DNA of 64,000 nucleotides from Gemmatimonadota bacterium. GTDB lineage: Bacteria; Gemmatimonadota; Gemmatimonadetes; Gemmatimonadales; GWC2-71-9. The stretch is from positions 17,441 to 81,440 of the forward strand of contig JBDTTF010000185.1 in assembly GCA_039930765.1 (NCBI GenBank), given 5' to 3'. This document shows, in pieces, positions 38,078 to 47,495 of the stretch; positions within the stretch are counted from its first letter, which is position 1; the number at the start of each line of letters is the position of its first letter. The notes under the pieces are model-generated. The model was not told the origin of the DNA, ran no database searches, and saw only the letters and a program-made list of their open reading frames with translations. Both the position numbers and the translations under genes were made by a program.

Positions 38078-39322
38078 ATGCCGTTGTTCGAAGCGGTCCG
38101 GATGGCGCTCCGGACCATCGTCTCCCAGAAGCTCAAGAGCTTCTTCTCGCTGATCGGCGTGCTGATCGGGGTCACCTTCCTGATCGCGGTCGTCTCGATC
38201 GTGCAGGGCATGAACGTGTACATGGAAGATCAGTTTGCCAACCGGCTGATCGGCCTCAACACGTTCTCGCTCCGGACCTTTCCGGGGATCCAGACCGGCA
38301 ACACCACGCGGGACACCTGGCGGGAATACATGCGCCGGCCCCGGATCAGCTACGACGATGCCGAGTACATCGAGACCCACCTGCAGACGCCCGTCATCAC
38401 CGCCCGGTATTGCTCGGACCGGATGACGCTGACCTACGGTACCAAGCAGGCCAAGGACATTGAGCTCGACGGCACCGAGCCGACCTACTTCCAGATCAAG
38501 AACATCGACCTCAGCAGCGGGCGGATCTTCAGCCAGGAAGAGGTTCGGGCCGGACTGCCGGTGCTGGTCATCGGCAGCGAGCTCGGCGAGAAGCTGTTCC
38601 AGGGCGCCGACCCGCTGGGCAAGGAAGTCCTGATCCGGGGATTGCCCTACCGGGTCATCGGCGTGGCTGCACCCCGCGGGACGCTGTTCGGCACTTTCTC
38701 GCTCGACAAATTTGCGGTGATGCCGTTCCGGGCCCCGGCCCGTCGCTACATCTGCAAGCTCAACATCCTCGACGAGCTCGAAATCAAGGCCGCCAATCCA
38801 ACGGCCATGCTGGCGGCAATGTCCGAGACTGAGGGGCTGATGCGGACCCGCCGGGGGCTCAAGCCGGGCCAGAACAACAATTTTGACCTGTCCGACTCCA
38901 AGGCCGCCCTGGAAGGCTGGAAAAAGATTGCCAAGGTCCTCGGTACGGCGCTGCCGGGACTGGTGGCCATTTCGCTGGTGGTCGGCGGTATCGTGATCAT
39001 GAACATCATGCTGATGGCCGTCACTGAGCGGACCCGCGAGATCGGAATTCGCAAGGCGCTGGGCGCCAAGCGGCGTGATATCCTGGCCCAGTTCGTGGTC
39101 GAAAGCGTGACGCTGTCGACCGTCGGTGCGGCGCTGGGCGTGGGAACCGGAATCGCGCTGGCCTTTGCGGTGCGGGCCCTGACACCGCTGCCGGCTGCGG
39201 TGGCGCCGTGGTCGATAGCCGTTGGTGTACTCCTTGGAATGCTGGTGGGCGTGGCGGCCGGTGTATATCCCGCCAGCCGGGCCTCCAAGCTGGACCCGAT
39301 CACGGCCCTCAGGGCCGAGTAA
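38078..39322 (+). CDS. MacB/FtsX-family ABC permease (type A copy 1)
   Basis: GGIVIMNIMLMAVTERTREIGIRKALGA; YPA.RASKLDPITALRAE. Confidence 0.93.
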   Translation: MPLFEAVRMALRTIVSQKLKSFFSLIGVLIGVTFLIAVVSIVQGMNVYMEDQFANRLIGLNTFSLRTFPGIQTGNTTRDTWREYMRRPRISYDDAEYIETHLQTPVITARYCSDRMTLTYGTKQAKDIELDGTEPTYFQIKNIDLSSGRIFSQEEVRAGLPVLVIGSELGEKLFQGADPLGKEVLIRGLPYRVIGVAAPRGTLFGTFSLDKFAVMPFRAPARRYICKLNILDELEIKAANPTAMLAAMSETEGLMRTRRGLKPGQNNNFDLSDSKAALEGWKKIAKVLGTALPGLVAISLVVGGIVIMNIMLMAVTERTREIGIRKALGAKRRDILAQFVVESVTLSTVGAALGVGTGIALAFAVRALTPLPAAVAPWSIAVGVLLGMLVGVAAGVYPASRASKLDPITALRAE

Positions 39323-39336
39323 GCGAGCAAACCAGC

Positions 39337-40578
39337 ATGTTCATCGGCCGGATATTCGAAGGCATCGGGATCGCGCTCGATTCGCTGCGGGCCAACAAGG
39401 TCCGGGCCTCGCTCACGATCCTCGGTGTTGCCATCGGCGTCATGGTGGTCATCGCCATGGCGTCTGCCATCACCGGCATCAATCGCAGCGTCTCGGCCCA
39501 GATCGAGACCCTGGGGCCGAAGACCTTCTTCGTATTCCGGTTCTTTCAGGCCGGCATCAACATCAGCGATGGATCGGACGAGCTGTCCCCGTGGCGGCGC
39601 AATCCCTGGCTCAAGGTCGAAGAGGCCGAGATGCTGCGGAAACTGCCCGGGATTCGAAGCGTCAACTGGGAGGAAAATTCCAACGGACCGGTCAGCGCAG
39701 GGACCGTCAACCTGAGCAGTGTCCAGGTCACCGGATTCAGCGCCGACTGGATCCTGACCTCGGGCGGCCTGATCACAGCTGGACGGAACTTCACCGACCT
39801 CGAATACGCCTCCAGCGCGCGGGTAGCGGTCATCAACGACAAGCTGGCTGACCAGCTGTTCCCCGGCCTCGACCCGATCGGCCGCCGGATCAAGGTCTTC
39901 GGCCAGCCGTTCGACGTGGTGGGATTGTACAGCGAGCCCAAGAGCCTGTTCGGCGGCAACGACGACCCGCTGATCAACATCCCCCATTCGACCTTCTCAA
40001 AGGTGGCGGAATACTGGAAGGGGTGGATGCACTTCTCGGTCATCCCCGACTCCGCCCTCACTGTCACCGAGGCGCAGGACCGGGTCACGGCGGCGCTCCG
40101 AGGCAGCCGGAGCCTCAAGCCGGCCCAGGCCAACAACTTCTCGCTGGTCAGCCAGGACAAGCTGCTGGAGAGCTTCAACAGCGTGACCAGCGGATTCTTC
40201 GTGGTGATGATCGCGCTGTCCAGCGTCGGCCTGATGGTGGGCGGGGTCGGTGTGGTGGCCATCATGATGATCTCGGTGACCGAGCGGACCCGGGAAATCG
40301 GGGTCCGCAAGGCGCTGGGCGCCACCCGGTTCGAAATCATGTTCCAGTTCCTCGTCGAGGCCGCCACCCTGACCCTGGTGGGCGGACTGGTCGGCATGGC
40401 GCTGGGCGGCCTGATTGCCTGGGCCATCCACAGTCTAACCCCGATCCCGGCCTCGATCCCGCTCTGGTCCGTCGGGGTCGCCCTGCTGGCCTCGACCATC
40501 ACCGGTGTCTGCTTCGGCCTGTATCCGGCCAACAAGGCCAGCAAGATGGACCCGGTGGAGGCGCTGCGGTACGAATAG
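39337..40578 (+). CDS. MacB/FtsX-family ABC permease (type B copy 1)
   Basis: GGVGVVAIMMISVTERTREIGVRKALGA; DPVEALRYE. Confidence 0.93.
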   Translation: MFIGRIFEGIGIALDSLRANKVRASLTILGVAIGVMVVIAMASAITGINRSVSAQIETLGPKTFFVFRFFQAGINISDGSDELSPWRRNPWLKVEEAEMLRKLPGIRSVNWEENSNGPVSAGTVNLSSVQVTGFSADWILTSGGLITAGRNFTDLEYASSARVAVINDKLADQLFPGLDPIGRRIKVFGQPFDVVGLYSEPKSLFGGNDDPLINIPHSTFSKVAEYWKGWMHFSVIPDSALTVTEAQDRVTAALRGSRSLKPAQANNFSLVSQDKLLESFNSVTSGFFVVMIALSSVGLMVGGVGVVAIMMISVTERTREIGVRKALGATRFEIMFQFLVEAATLTLVGGLVGMALGGLIAWAIHSLTPIPASIPLWSVGVALLASTITGVCFGLYPANKASKMDPVEALRYE

Positions 40579-40584
40579 GACAGC

Positions 40585-40686
40585 GTGACAGGTAACAGGT
40601 AACAGGTGAGAGGGGTCCCCCCTTCTCACCTTTTTTCGTCCCACTGAACGCCTGCGCCCTCTTACCTGTCACCCCTCACCTCTTAC
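40585..40686. repeat. Inverted tandem heptamer repeats
   Basis: gtgacag gtaacag gtaacag gtgagag (40585-40612) versus ctcttac ctgtcac ccctcac ctcttac (40659-40686). Confidence 0.7.
40604..40636 (+). terminator. Intrinsic terminator between the two permease pairs
   Basis: AGGTGAGAGGG...CCTTCTCACCT stem followed by a T run. Confidence 0.7.
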
Positions 40687-40695
40687 CTTCCTGCC

Positions 40696-41940
40696 ATGCC
40701 GTATTCAGAGGCCCTCCGCCTGGCCCTCCAATCGATCCTCCAGAGCAAGCTTCGCTCCTTCTTCACCCTGCTCGGCATCATCGTGTCGGTCGGATTTCTG
40801 GTCGTCGTCGTGGCCATCATCCAGGGGATGAACGCCTACGTCAAGGAAAACCTGACCGGGGCGATGATCGGCACCAACGCCTTCCAGGTCCGCCGCACCC
40901 CGATCGCACCCGGATTTCTCGACGACGAAACGGTCAAGATCATGAACCGGCGCCCGCTGATCTCGCGAGCAGACGCCGAGGTGGTCCAGCGGGCCCTGCC
41001 TGACGCTGAAGCCGTGTCGCTGCAGTCCGGGTGGCCTACCCCGATCTCCGACGTCATCTACCGCAACCGCACCGTCGGCGACGTCCTGGTATTCGGAGTC
41101 ACGCCGCCGTACCAGGTGGTCCAGGACTACCGGTTTGCCGCCGGAGAGCCGCTGGCCGACCCGGACGTGCGGGAGCGGCGCCATGTGGTGGTGCTGGGGT
41201 ATGACATTGCCGACAAGCTATTCGGGCCGCCAGAGCAGGCCATTGGTCGGGTAGTGCGGATCAGTGGCCAGGAACTCACCGTCAAGGGCGTCATTGCCAA
41301 GAAGGGCCGGGTGCTGGGCCAGTCGTTCGATGGCTTCCTGCTGATGCCGTTCTCGACCTTCGAATCGCTGTACGGCCGGCGCAAGACCACCGTGGTTTCG
41401 GTCAAGATGGCCGACGCCGGTCAGATCGAAGGCGCCATGGCGCGGGCCGAAGAGGCGATGCGGATCGCCCACCGGTTGCGGCCCGGCGAAGACAACGACT
41501 TCACGGTGGACAAGGCCGATGCGCTGGTGGCGTTCTGGAAACAGCTGACCGGCTGGCTGTTCAAGGCCATTCCGGCTGTGGTCTGCATCGGGATCATCGT
41601 GGGCGGCATCGTGATCATGAACATCATGCTGATGGCGGTGACCGAACGGACCCGCGAAATCGGGGTCCGCAAATCGCTGGGCGCCACCCGGCGTGACATC
41701 CGCCGCCAGTTTCTGGTCGAAGCCATCGTGCTGTCCTCGCTGGGCGGCATTTCCGGGGTCATGGGTGGGTGGCTGCTGGCCTTCCTGGTCTCTACCCTCA
41801 CCCCGTTGCCGGCCCGGATCACCTTGTGGTCGGTGCTGGTGGCACTGATCGTCGGGGCCGGAGCCGGCATCGTGTTCGGAGTCTACCCGGCCAGCCGAGC
41901 AGCGAGGCTCGATCCGATCACCGCATTGCGGAGTGAATAG
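40696..41940 (+). CDS. MacB/FtsX-family ABC permease (type A copy 2)
   Basis: GGIVIMNIMLMAVTERTREIGVRKSLGA; LDPITALRSE. Confidence 0.93.
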   Translation: MPYSEALRLALQSILQSKLRSFFTLLGIIVSVGFLVVVVAIIQGMNAYVKENLTGAMIGTNAFQVRRTPIAPGFLDDETVKIMNRRPLISRADAEVVQRALPDAEAVSLQSGWPTPISDVIYRNRTVGDVLVFGVTPPYQVVQDYRFAAGEPLADPDVRERRHVVVLGYDIADKLFGPPEQAIGRVVRISGQELTVKGVIAKKGRVLGQSFDGFLLMPFSTFESLYGRRKTTVVSVKMADAGQIEGAMARAEEAMRIAHRLRPGEDNDFTVDKADALVAFWKQLTGWLFKAIPAVVCIGIIVGGIVIMNIMLMAVTERTREIGVRKSLGATRRDIRRQFLVEAIVLSSLGGISGVMGGWLLAFLVSTLTPLPARITLWSVLVALIVGAGAGIVFGVYPASRAARLDPITALRSE

Positions 41941-41958
41941 GGTGCGGAGCTACCCCGC

Positions 41959-43197
41959 GTGATTATCCGCAACCTGGACGAAGGGTTCCGGATGGGAATC
42001 GATTCCCTTCGGACCAACAAGCTGCGCTCCGGTCTGACCATTCTCGGCGTGGTCATCGGGGTGACGACGGTGATGGCCATCGCGTCACTGGTCCAGGGCA
42101 TCCGCAGCCAGATCTTCAACGCCATCTCGGCCGCCGGCCCCACCGCCTTTTACGTCATGCGGTTCTTCTCGCAGACACCGCTCAATCCGGATCGCCTGCC
42201 ATACGAGGTCAGGATCCGGCCCGTCATCGACAATCCCGACGCCGAGGCGATGGCCCGGATACCCGAGCTCAGCTATGCCGGGATGTGGGTGCAGCTGTTC
42301 CAGCGGATGGAATACCAGGGCATCCGGACCCAGACCCTCACCGTCTTCGGGGCCGACGATCACTACATGGAAATTCAGGGTGGCACCCTGCTCCGGGGCC
42401 GGTTCTTCAACCGGGCCGAGCAGCATGGGGCCGACGTGGTAGTCATTGAGGAAGCATCGGCCGAATTCCTGTTTGGCCGGATCGACCCGATGGACCGCCT
42501 GATCCGGATCGGCGGCGTCTCACTGCGGGTCATCGGCATCTATCAACGCCCCGCCAACATCTTCGAACCGCCGGGGCAGCAGATCGGCGCCATCATTCCG
42601 TTCGAAACCGCCAAGCACAATTTCCATTATGACGAGACCAACAGCCTGTTCATCGCCGCCAAGCCGGTGAGCGGTGTCTCGGTGGCCACGGCACAGGACC
42701 GGACCATTGCGGCGCTGCGCCAGGAGCGGCGGCTGCGCCCGGGAATGCCCAACACCTTCGACCTGATCACCCAGGACCAGATCCTCGACATCGTCAGCAA
42801 CTTCACCAACTACTTCTTCGTGGCCATGATTGCGCTGTCGAGTGTGGCGCTGCTGGTCGGCGGCATCGGGGTCATGGCCATCATGATGGTCTCGGTGACC
42901 GACCGCACCCGCGAGATCGGCGTGCGCAAGGCGCTGGGGGCCACCCGCCGCGAGATCCTGTGGCAGTTCCTGGTCGAGGCGGCCACCCTCACCCTGGTGG
43001 GCGGCCTGATCGGGGTTTTCGTCGGGATCCTGAGTGGCCAGCTGCTGCAATTCGCCTTCGGGTGGAAGTCCGAGGTCCCGCTCTGGAGCGCCGTGGTGGC
43101 CACCGCGGTCAGCGTGGTGATCGGACTGACCTTCGGGATCTATCCGGCCAACCGGGCGGCCAATATGGACCCAGTTGAGGCGTTGAGGCACGAATAA
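41959..43197 (+). CDS. MacB/FtsX-family ABC permease (type B copy 2)
   Basis: GGIGVMAIMMVSVTDRTREIGVRKALGA; DPVEALRHE. Confidence 0.93.
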   Translation: MIIRNLDEGFRMGIDSLRTNKLRSGLTILGVVIGVTTVMAIASLVQGIRSQIFNAISAAGPTAFYVMRFFSQTPLNPDRLPYEVRIRPVIDNPDAEAMARIPELSYAGMWVQLFQRMEYQGIRTQTLTVFGADDHYMEIQGGTLLRGRFFNRAEQHGADVVVIEEASAEFLFGRIDPMDRLIRIGGVSLRVIGIYQRPANIFEPPGQQIGAIIPFETAKHNFHYDETNSLFIAAKPVSGVSVATAQDRTIAALRQERRLRPGMPNTFDLITQDQILDIVSNFTNYFFVAMIALSSVALLVGGIGVMAIMMVSVTDRTREIGVRKALGATRREILWQFLVEAATLTLVGGLIGVFVGILSGQLLQFAFGWKSEVPLWSAVVATAVSVVIGLTFGIYPANRAANMDPVEALRHE

Positions 43198-43203
43198 CCG
43201 GCC

Positions 43204-43277
43204 GAGGGAGGAGAGAGGAGAGAGGAGAGGGGTTGTTCGAATTGTGACGAAGTTCCATTCTCCCCTCTCCCCTCTCC
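43204..43277. repeat. Inverted tandem heptamer repeats (purine-rich arm and pyrimidine-rich arm)
   Basis: gagggag gagagag gagagag gagaggg versus cattctc ccctctc ccctctc c. Confidence 0.7.
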
Positions 43278-43350
43278 GCAGTTCAGGGTCGCCTCCGTGC
43301 AACTATTCGGATCTGACGCATCCCCCCGCAACCCCAACCGCGAGGAAAAG

Positions 43351-44274
43351 ATGCGAGGAAATACCCTGTCCCTGGCGCTGGCCCTGGCCGCCCTGATGGC
43401 CTGTCATGGTGCCCGAAAGGATGGCGAGTCCCCGGCGGGCGCCAGCCGCCAAGCGGTGAATGCAGCGCCGGTTCGGGGTGAATCCGATGCTCCCGCCGAG
43501 CTCAAGGCGGTCGGCGCCATGGCCGACCAGACCAGCGCCAGCGGTGCCAATGGCGGCTCCTGGTATTCTCGCGAGGCGAACGACCCGAGCGGCCTGGCCA
43601 CCATGATCATCCGAACCGGGCAGGCCAGCATCGAGGTCGACTCCCTGGCAGTCGCCATCGGGACCCTCAGGGGGCTGGCCGGCCGACTTGGCGGCTACCT
43701 GGCCAATACCAGCTACCAGGGTGGCCAGCACCAGTACGCCTCCGCCTCGATCGAAATCAAGGTGCCCTCAAACCGGTTCGACGACCTGCTGAGCGGCCTC
43801 TCGCCGCTCGGCAAACTGGAGTACGCCAACGTCACCTCTCAGGACGTGGGCGAGGAGTACGCCGATATCGATGCCCGGGTCACCAATGGCAAGCGACTGG
43901 AGGCCCGGTTGATCGACCTGCTGGCCAACCGGCCCGGCAAGCTGCAGGAAATCCTGGAGCTGGAACGGGAACTGGCCAGGGTCCGGGAAGAGATCGAGCG
44001 GTATGAGGGTCGGATGCGTTACCTGAAGAGTCATTCATCGCTGAGCAGCCTGACCATCTCGGTGCATGAGCCGGCGGTCCTCCAGGCCGGCTCCGAGACC
44101 GCCAGGGTATTGAGCCAGGCGCTCGACCGGGCCTGGCAGAACTTCGTCGAGCTCAATGCCCGAATGATCGCGTCACTCGGAGTCCTCTTGCCGGTGGTGC
44201 TGGCGCTGGCGGCCGCGATTGCCGTGGCGCGTCGCTGGTGGCGCGGGCGGGGCCGCATTGTGACCGCTACCTGA
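43351..44274 (+). CDS. DUF4349 domain lipoprotein
   Basis: Lipobox LMAC; MIIRTG...IEV, QDVGEEYAD..AR, LE.EL.RVR.EIE..EG..RYL; C-terminal TM helix. Confidence 0.85.
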   Translation: MRGNTLSLALALAALMACHGARKDGESPAGASRQAVNAAPVRGESDAPAELKAVGAMADQTSASGANGGSWYSREANDPSGLATMIIRTGQASIEVDSLAVAIGTLRGLAGRLGGYLANTSYQGGQHQYASASIEIKVPSNRFDDLLSGLSPLGKLEYANVTSQDVGEEYADIDARVTNGKRLEARLIDLLANRPGKLQEILELERELARVREEIERYEGRMRYLKSHSSLSSLTISVHEPAVLQAGSETARVLSQALDRAWQNFVELNARMIASLGVLLPVVLALAAAIAVARRWWRGRGRIVTAT

Positions 44275-44284
44275 CGGTCACCGA

Positions 44285-44346
44285 CGTGCAGGGACCGACC
44301 GATGGTGCCGGCGTGCCGGCGCCGACCGGCGGTCGGCCCCTACACG
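44285..44346. repeat. GTAG-type REP-like inverted repeat
   Basis: CGTGCAGGGACCGACCG (44285-44301) and CGGTCGGCCCCTACACG (44330-44346), 15 of 17 complementary. Confidence 0.6.
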
Positions 44347-44376
44347 CCGGGACCCGCTTCTATCATCTTTCACTCC

Positions 44377-45093
44377 ATGCCTGTTGACCTGTTGGCCATT
44401 GCCGCCCACCGTGACGACGTTGAACTCACCTGTGCGGGCACCCTGCTCAAGGCCAGCGACCAGGGCCACATCACCGGGATCCTGGACCTCACCGCCGGCG
44501 AGACCGGCACCCGGGGCAGCGCCTCCCTCCGGGCCCAGGAAGCCGAAAAGGCCGCGGCGATCCTCGGGGTCAAGGAGCGGAGAAATGCCGGCCTCCCGGA
44601 TGCCCACCTGGCCAACGACGAGGCCTCACGCCACGCCGTGGTCACCGAGATCCGCCACTTCGCGCCGAAGGTCGTGATCCTTCCCTACCCGCAAGGCCGC
44701 CACCCCGATCACCGAATCACCTCGGAACTGTCCCGGGATGCCTGCTTCCTGGCCGGGCTGGCCCGCTACGATGCCCCAGGCGCTCCACACCGCCCGGAAA
44801 AGATTCTCTATGCCCTCTCCTACCGCGAAGACCCGGTCAAGCCGACCTTCGTGGTGGACATCTCGGCCCAGTTCGAGCGGAAACTCGCGGCCATTCGCTG
44901 CTATGCCAGCCAGTTTGACGGCGCCACCTGGGCCGGGGAGCTCTTCCCCAATGGTCAGGATCTGTACTCGCTGGTCGGCACCCAGAACGCCCATTACGGC
45001 AGCCTGATCCGGGCCGCCTACGGCGAGCCTTTCCACACCCACGAGACGGTCCGGATCGACGACGTGGTGGCCATGGGGGTCCGGAGCCTGTAG
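44377..45093 (+). CDS. bshB1: PIG-L family deacetylase, bacillithiol biosynthesis BshB1-like
   Basis: DLLAIAAHRDDVEL.CAGTL, DLT.GE.GTRG, RHPDH, VVDIS..FE.K..AI.CY.SQF. Confidence 0.85.
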   Translation: MPVDLLAIAAHRDDVELTCAGTLLKASDQGHITGILDLTAGETGTRGSASLRAQEAEKAAAILGVKERRNAGLPDAHLANDEASRHAVVTEIRHFAPKVVILPYPQGRHPDHRITSELSRDACFLAGLARYDAPGAPHRPEKILYALSYREDPVKPTFVVDISAQFERKLAAIRCYASQFDGATWAGELFPNGQDLYSLVGTQNAHYGSLIRAAYGEPFHTHETVRIDDVVAMGVRSL

Positions 45094-45143
45094 TCGCTCG
45101 ACCCCAGGCCCCCTGCCCGCCGAAAAGCGTTATTTTCCCGCCC

Positions 45144-46322
45144 ATGCCCGAGTCCTCCGTCTATCTCGATCACGCCGCCACGACCCCGGTCCGTCCGGAG
45201 GTCCTGGAGGCCATGTTGCCATACCTCAAGGCTGCTGCCTTCGGCAATCCGTCCAGCAGCCACAAATTCGGCCGGACTGCGCGCGCCGGACTCGAGCAGG
45301 CCCGGCGCGAAGTGGCCGAAGCCGTGGGTGCCGAGCCGAGCCAGGTGTTCTTCACCTCGGGCGGAACCGAGGCGGATAACCTGGCCATCATCGGTTCCGC
45401 GCTGGCCGCCCGTGACCAGGGCAAGCCTATGCTTGCGGTCGTCACGGCCATCGAGCACAAGGCCATCCTCGCCGCGGCCCATGCGGTCTGCCACCTGGGT
45501 GGACAGGAGCGCATTCTCCCAGTCGGTACCGATGGCGTCGTCGATCTCGAGGCGCTCGATCGAATACTGGCCGAGCGGCCGGCCGTGGTCTCGGTCATGT
45601 GGGTCAATAACGAAATCGGTACGGTCCAGCCGGTCGCCGAATTGGCTCGGCGCTGCCTGGCGGCGGGCGCGGCCTTCCATACTGACGGCGTCCAGGCCTT
45701 TGGCAAGGTTCCGATCGCCTTCAGTGATCTGTCCTGTTCCATGCTGACCCTCTCCGGGCACAAGATCGGCGGCCCCAAGGGCATCGGCGCCCTGGTGATT
45801 CAGGATCGCCGGCTGCTGGAGTCGATCCTCCATGGCGGCGGTCAGCAGTTCGGGGTTCGACCAGGCACCGAGAATGTGCCAGGCGCCGTCGCGTTCGGCG
45901 CCGCATCGCGGCTCGCCGCAGCGGAGCAGGCCGCCGAGGCGGTGCGGCTGGCTGGATTGCGTGATGAACTGCTGGCCCGGCTGCGGGCCGCGATCCCCGA
46001 TCTCGTCGTCAACGCTGAGTCCGGGCCGCGGGCTCCTCACATCCTGAGCATCGCCATTCCCGGTGCTGAAAATGAGGCGATGCTGATGCACCTCGACATG
46101 CAGGGAGTCGCCGCCTCGGGCGGGTCAGCCTGTTCGACCGGTGCCGTCGAGCCTTCGCACGTGCTCACGGCCATCGGCGTGCCACGGGAGCTGGCTCTCT
46201 CTGCGCTCCGCCTCAGCCTTGGCCATGAGAGCACCATGGCTGATGTCGAGAGAGTGGTGGCGGTCTTTCCGAAGATTGTGGACCGGGTTCGCACGCTGGC
46301 GGGGGTGTTGGGGCGTGGCTGA
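45144..46322 (+). CDS. iscS: Cysteine desulfurase (IscS/NifS type)
   Basis: [47 protein letters not shown]. Confidence 0.93.
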   Translation: MPESSVYLDHAATTPVRPEVLEAMLPYLKAAAFGNPSSSHKFGRTARAGLEQARREVAEAVGAEPSQVFFTSGGTEADNLAIIGSALAARDQGKPMLAVVTAIEHKAILAAAHAVCHLGGQERILPVGTDGVVDLEALDRILAERPAVVSVMWVNNEIGTVQPVAELARRCLAAGAAFHTDGVQAFGKVPIAFSDLSCSMLTLSGHKIGGPKGIGALVIQDRRLLESILHGGGQQFGVRPGTENVPGAVAFGAASRLAAAEQAAEAVRLAGLRDELLARLRAAIPDLVVNAESGPRAPHILSIAIPGAENEAMLMHLDMQGVAASGGSACSTGAVEPSHVLTAIGVPRELALSALRLSLGHESTMADVERVVAVFPKIVDRVRTLAGVLGRG

Positions 46323-47457
46323 GGAGATCGGGGGGGCTGAGGGTCAGCGGGGCAGTGTGATCGGATCAGCTCCACCGCGACCGGTCTCCGCAACCGGCCA
46401 GCGTGGTCGGGTACTCGTCGCAATGTCCGGCGGGGTCGACAGCTCGGTGGCGGCCGCGGCGCTGGTCGATCAGGGCTACGATGTCGTCGGCGCCACGATG
46501 AAGCTGTTCTGCTACGGCGACAGCGTGCCCGACCGGCCCTGCTGTTCGCTCGACTCGATCAATGATGCCCGGGATGTCGCCGCCAAGCTGGGGATTCCGC
46601 ATTACGTCCTCAATTTCGAGGACCGGTTCAGTCTCCACGTCATCCAGAACTTTGTCAGCGAGTACAGCCGCGGCCGCACTCCCATTCCCTGCGTGCGGTG
46701 CAACTCGTTCACCAAGTTCCGCGACCTGCTGGCCCACGCCGACGCGCTGGATTGTGAATTCCTTGCCACCGGGCATTACGCGGTGGCCAGGGATGGCGGA
46801 CTCTACCGCGGCGCCGATGCCGGCAAGGACCAGAGCTATTTCCTCTGGGGCATCGACCGGGCGGTGGTGGCCAGGATGCTGACCCCGGTCGGCAACCTGA
46901 CCAAGGCCGAAACTCGAGACTGGGCCCGGCGACTCGGTCTGGTCACCGCCGACAAGCCGGAATCGGTCGAGATCTGTTTCGTTCCCGATGACGACTACGT
47001 CGGAGTGCTGGAACAGCACCTCCCGGCCGATGCGCCGGCACTGGCGCCCGGCCCACTGGTCAGCACCAGCGGGGAGGTCATCGGCCAGCACCAGGGCTTT
47101 GCCCGCTACACCATCGGACAGCGCAAGGGATTGCCGGGCGGCTCATCGGAGCCGATGTACGTGATCGCCATCCACCCTGAGCACCGGGAAGTCGTGGTCG
47201 GGTCGGCGGCCGATCTCGACGGCAGCACGGTACGGCTGGACGAGGTGAACTGGCTGGCCGAACCGCTCCAGCCGGGCGACCAGTGCGAGATCCAGATCCG
47301 CTACCGGGCCCGGGGCATTCCTGCCACGGTTACCACGTCAGACGAGGGCACCGTATCCCTGGCGCTGTCGACGCCGGGCCGGGCCATCGCGCCGGGCCAA
47401 TCCGGGGTGCTCTACGGCGGTAGCGGTCGAGTGCTGGGCGGCGGCGTCATCGCGTGA
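46315..47457 (+). CDS. mnmA: tRNA 2-thiouridine(34) synthase (CxxC-type); start uncertain
   Basis: [51 protein letters not shown]. Confidence 0.95.
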   Translation: MAEEIGGAEGQRGSVIGSAPPRPVSATGQRGRVLVAMSGGVDSSVAAAALVDQGYDVVGATMKLFCYGDSVPDRPCCSLDSINDARDVAAKLGIPHYVLNFEDRFSLHVIQNFVSEYSRGRTPIPCVRCNSFTKFRDLLAHADALDCEFLATGHYAVARDGGLYRGADAGKDQSYFLWGIDRAVVARMLTPVGNLTKAETRDWARRLGLVTADKPESVEICFVPDDDYVGVLEQHLPADAPALAPGPLVSTSGEVIGQHQGFARYTIGQRKGLPGGSSEPMYVIAIHPEHREVVVGSAADLDGSTVRLDEVNWLAEPLQPGDQCEIQIRYRARGIPATVTTSDEGTVSLALSTPGRAIAPGQSGVLYGGSGRVLGGGVIA

Positions 47458-47495
47458 CCAGGCGGATGATTCACTTTCCCGAGCCACGAGGGTTC

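Noticed and set aside
40585-40686. Short repeats as a CRISPR array
   Set aside because: Units are 7 nt with no unique spacers, and no cas genes are present.
43243-43258. Second CRP site (TGTGA-CGAAGT-TCCAT) upstream of the DUF4349 gene
   Set aside because: Only one good half-site; not supportable without a genome-trained matrix.
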